Assembly (NCBI GenBank): GCA_902635865.1
Contig: CACPPD010000002.1
Coordinates: 90,887 to 154,886, forward strand
Reading direction: 5' to 3'
Source of the DNA: an uncultured Pelagibacteraceae bacterium
GTDB lineage: Bacteria; Pseudomonadota; Alphaproteobacteria; Pelagibacterales; Pelagibacteraceae
DNA length: 64,000 nt
Each line of letters begins with the position of its first letter. Position 1 is the first letter of the stretch. The notes beneath the pieces were generated by a model that did not search any database, had not been told where the DNA came from, and saw only the letters and a program-made list of their open reading frames with translations. Of the stretch, positions 61,721-64,000 are shown in pieces. The position numbers and the translations under genes are program-made.

Positions 61721-63786
61721 TGTCAGAGTTTTTTTTAGAATTATTTAGTGAGGAAATACCTTCAAATCTTCAACAAAATTTAAGGGAAGACTTACTTAAA
61801 AGTTTTAATGATTTATTTTTAGAAAAATCAATTTTATTTAAAAAAAGCTCGTCATATTCAACACCAAACAGACTAGTGGTATTATTTGAAGGTGTTCAAA
61901 AAAATGTTGCACTAAAATCTGAGGAGATTAAAGGTCCAAATATTAAGTCACCAGAAGCAGCACTCGAGGGGTTTGTTAGGTCAAATAAAATCTTAAAAAA
62001 GGATCTCTACCAAAAGAAAACAGACAAAGGAGAATTTTATTTTTTCAAAACAAAATCAAAAAAATTGCACACACATGAATTATTAGAGGAATTTATCCCA
62101 ATATTGTTAAGCAAAATTCAATGGAAAAAATCAATGTATTGGGGAACTTTCGACCTAAATTGGGGCAGACCTTTAAAGTCAATTCTAGCTGTATTTGATA
62201 AAAAAAAGTTAAATTTTAATTTTCATCACCTAACATCTTCTAACTCAACTTTTATTGATAAAGAATTTGAGGAAAATAAAAAGTCTTTCTTAGAATTTAA
62301 AAATTATAAAAGTTTTTTTAAAAAAATTGACATTATCGTTGATCACAACGAAAGAAAAAAATTAATAGAAAAAAAATTTAACAATATATTAAAAAATAAA
62401 AATATTAAGATTCAAAATAATCCCAAATTACTTAATGAGGTTGTAGATTTAACAGATCAACCAAATATCCTACTTTGCGAATTTGATAAGAAATTTTTGA
62501 ATATTCCAAAAGAAATATTAATTATTACCATGCAATACCATCAAAAATATTTTCCTATATTTGATAATAAAGAGAATATTACTAATGAGTTTTTAGTGGT
62601 TGCAAATAAAAAAGATAAAAAGGGATTAATTAAATTAGGAAATGAAAGAGTGGTCGAGGCAAGATTAAACGACGCAGAATTTTTTTGGAAAAAAGATAAA
62701 TCTCAAAATATGGTCAAAAAAGTTACTGATTTAAAATCAATGAATTATTTTAAAGGATTAGGAAGTTATTTTGATAAAGCTCAAAGAATGAGAAAATTGG
62801 GTGGTATGATATCTGATGAACTTTTAATCAGTAAAGAAAAAGTTGAATTATCAGCTTCAATTTGTAAAGTTGATTTATTATCAGAGCTAGTGGGTGAATT
62901 TCCAGAACTCCAAGGTGTAATGGGAGGTTATTTTGCTAACGCACAAGGTTTTGATAAAGATTTGGTTCTGGCAATAAGTGAGCAATATTTACCATCAGGT
63001 TCAGGCTCAAGAGTCCCAAAAAAACCATTTAGTATAGCTCTTTCTTTAGCTGATAAGATAGATACTTTAGTAGGTTTTTTTGGTTTAAACCAAAAGCCAA
63101 CAAGTTCTAAAGATCCATATGCTTTAAGAAGACTAGCATTAGGGGTAATAAGAATAATAATTGAAAATAAAAAAGATTTTAAAATTAAAGATTTAATTAA
63201 TTATTCCTCAAGCCTGTATTTAGATCAAGGATTTGAAATTGATAACCAATCTTTACAAAATGAAATATCAGATTTTTTAATGGATAGATTAAAATATCAC
63301 ATGAAGGAGGAAAATATTAGAAATGATATAATACAAGCGTCAACCAGTTCTTTTAACTTAGATCAATCTGTTATAATTTTTAATAAAGCTAAACATTTAA
63401 ATAAAATTATTAACAAATCGGATGGTTTAGATATTATTGCAAGCTATAAACGAGCCTCAAACATTTTAGACGGTGAATTAAAAAATGATAAAATAGAATT
63501 ATCAAATACAACTGACCCTAGTATTTTTAAAACTGAGTTAGAAAAAAACCTATTTAAAAAAATTAGCGATTTAAGGAAATATTTTTCAGGTATTAATAAA
63601 GATGAAAATTATGTTCAAACGTTGGATAATCTAGCTAGCGTCAAAAGGGAGGTGTTTGACTTTTTTGACAATGTAATTGTGAATGAAGATGATCCAGTCA
63701 TAAAGAAGAACAGGCTGGAACTAATTCAAATGATGTGTAAAACATTTAACAATTATGTTAATTTTTCTCTAATAGATTCCCATTAA
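61720..63786 (+). CDS. glyS: Glyci­ne-tRNA ligase beta subunit
   Basis: LELFSEEIP, TPNRL, EFPELQG, SKDPYALRR. Confidence 0.97.
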   Translation: MSEFFLELFSEEIPSNLQQNLREDLLKSFNDLFLEKSILFKKSSSYSTPNRLVVLFEGVQKNVALKSEEIKGPNIKSPEAALEGFVRSNKILKKDLYQKKTDKGEFYFFKTKSKKLHTHELLEEFIPILLSKIQWKKSMYWGTFDLNWGRPLKSILAVFDKKKLNFNFHHLTSSNSTFIDKEFEENKKSFLEFKNYKSFFKKIDIIVDHNERKKLIEKKFNNILKNKNIKIQNNPKLLNEVVDLTDQPNILLCEFDKKFLNIPKEILIITMQYHQKYFPIFDNKENITNEFLVVANKKDKKGLIKLGNERVVEARLNDAEFFWKKDKSQNMVKKVTDLKSMNYFKGLGSYFDKAQRMRKLGGMISDELLISKEKVELSASICKVDLLSELVGEFPELQGVMGGYFANAQGFDKDLVLAISEQYLPSGSGSRVPKKPFSIALSLADKIDTLVGFFGLNQKPTSSKDPYALRRLALGVIRIIIENKKDFKIKDLINYSSSLYLDQGFEIDNQSLQNEISDFLMDRLKYHMKEENIRNDIIQASTSSFNLDQSVIIFNKAKHLNKIINKSDGLDIIASYKRASNILDGELKNDKIELSNTTDPSIFKTELEKNLFKKISDLRKYFSGINKDENYVQTLDNLASVKREVFDFFDNVIVNEDDPVIKKNRLELIQMMCKTFNNYVNFSLIDSH

Positions 63787-64000
63787 TGAAAAAACTTATA
63801 TTAAACTTTAATTCTAAGGAAACTAAAAAAATTAAAAATCCAAAAAATTTTTTAGGAGGAAAAGGTGCTAATCTTTCTGAAATGGGAAGAATGGGTCTTC
63901 CAGTGCCCCCAGGTTTTACAATATCTACAAAAGTTTGCGAAATTTTTTATAAAGATAAAAAAAAATTAAATAAAAATTTGATTTCTCAAATTAAAAAAGA
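63786..64000 (+). CDS. ppdK: Pyruvate phosphate dikinase, 5' part (runs off the window)
   Basis: Manual translation ...FLGGKGANLSEMGRMGLPVPPGFTIST; glyQS-ppdK order. Confidence 0.93.
   Translation, partial: MKKLILNFNSKETKKIKNPKNFLGGKGANLSEMGRMGLPVPPGFTISTKVCEIFYKDKKKLNKNLISQIKK

Overview
AT-rich, streamlined alphaproteobacterial chromosome segment; gene content, 0-10 bp intergenic gaps and an orphan 5S rRNA point to SAR11 / Ca. Pelagibacter (inference). Bases 1-20.7 kb are the distal part of a surface-glycan island resembling SAR11 HVR2: WaaL/Wzy-like membrane proteins, gmd-fcl, GT2/GT4 transferases, a TviB-like dehydrogenase, a Neisseria pgl-like bacillosamine block, a WecA-like transferase and a uronate epimerase. 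Inside it is a tightly coupled cassette of ACP, KAS III, FabG-like reductase, acyltransferase, two Fe(II)/2OG dioxygenases and a methyltransferase. The island ends at a lone 5S rRNA with its own predicted promoter. The rest is core genome: epimerase, rpmJ and cytochrome oxidase subunit IV (both missed by the ORF track), pntAAB, tal, tRNA-fMet, rpsU, trcR, rpmE, suhB, efp, thiE, fba, pgk, gap, tkt, zapA, ygfA, ymdB, yebC, a MOC1/phage-type resolvase, tol-pal, cpoB, tilS, ftsH, folP, glmM, thiD, purA, rpoH, rluD, tRNA-Arg(UCG), an ABC-2 pair, sua5, xseB, ispA, dxs, aroC, pdxH, ispB, an S49 peptidase, glyQS and the start of ppdK. Best leads: (1) the acyl-building and tailoring cassette wedged into the pgl-like block; (2) an AUU-initiated, SD-led rpsU linked to initiator tRNA; (3) a MOC1-like resolvase standing where ruvCAB-ybgC normally sits; (4) a 20-bp palindromic gap between two divergent start codons. 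All calls come from motif recognition by eye; no searches were run.
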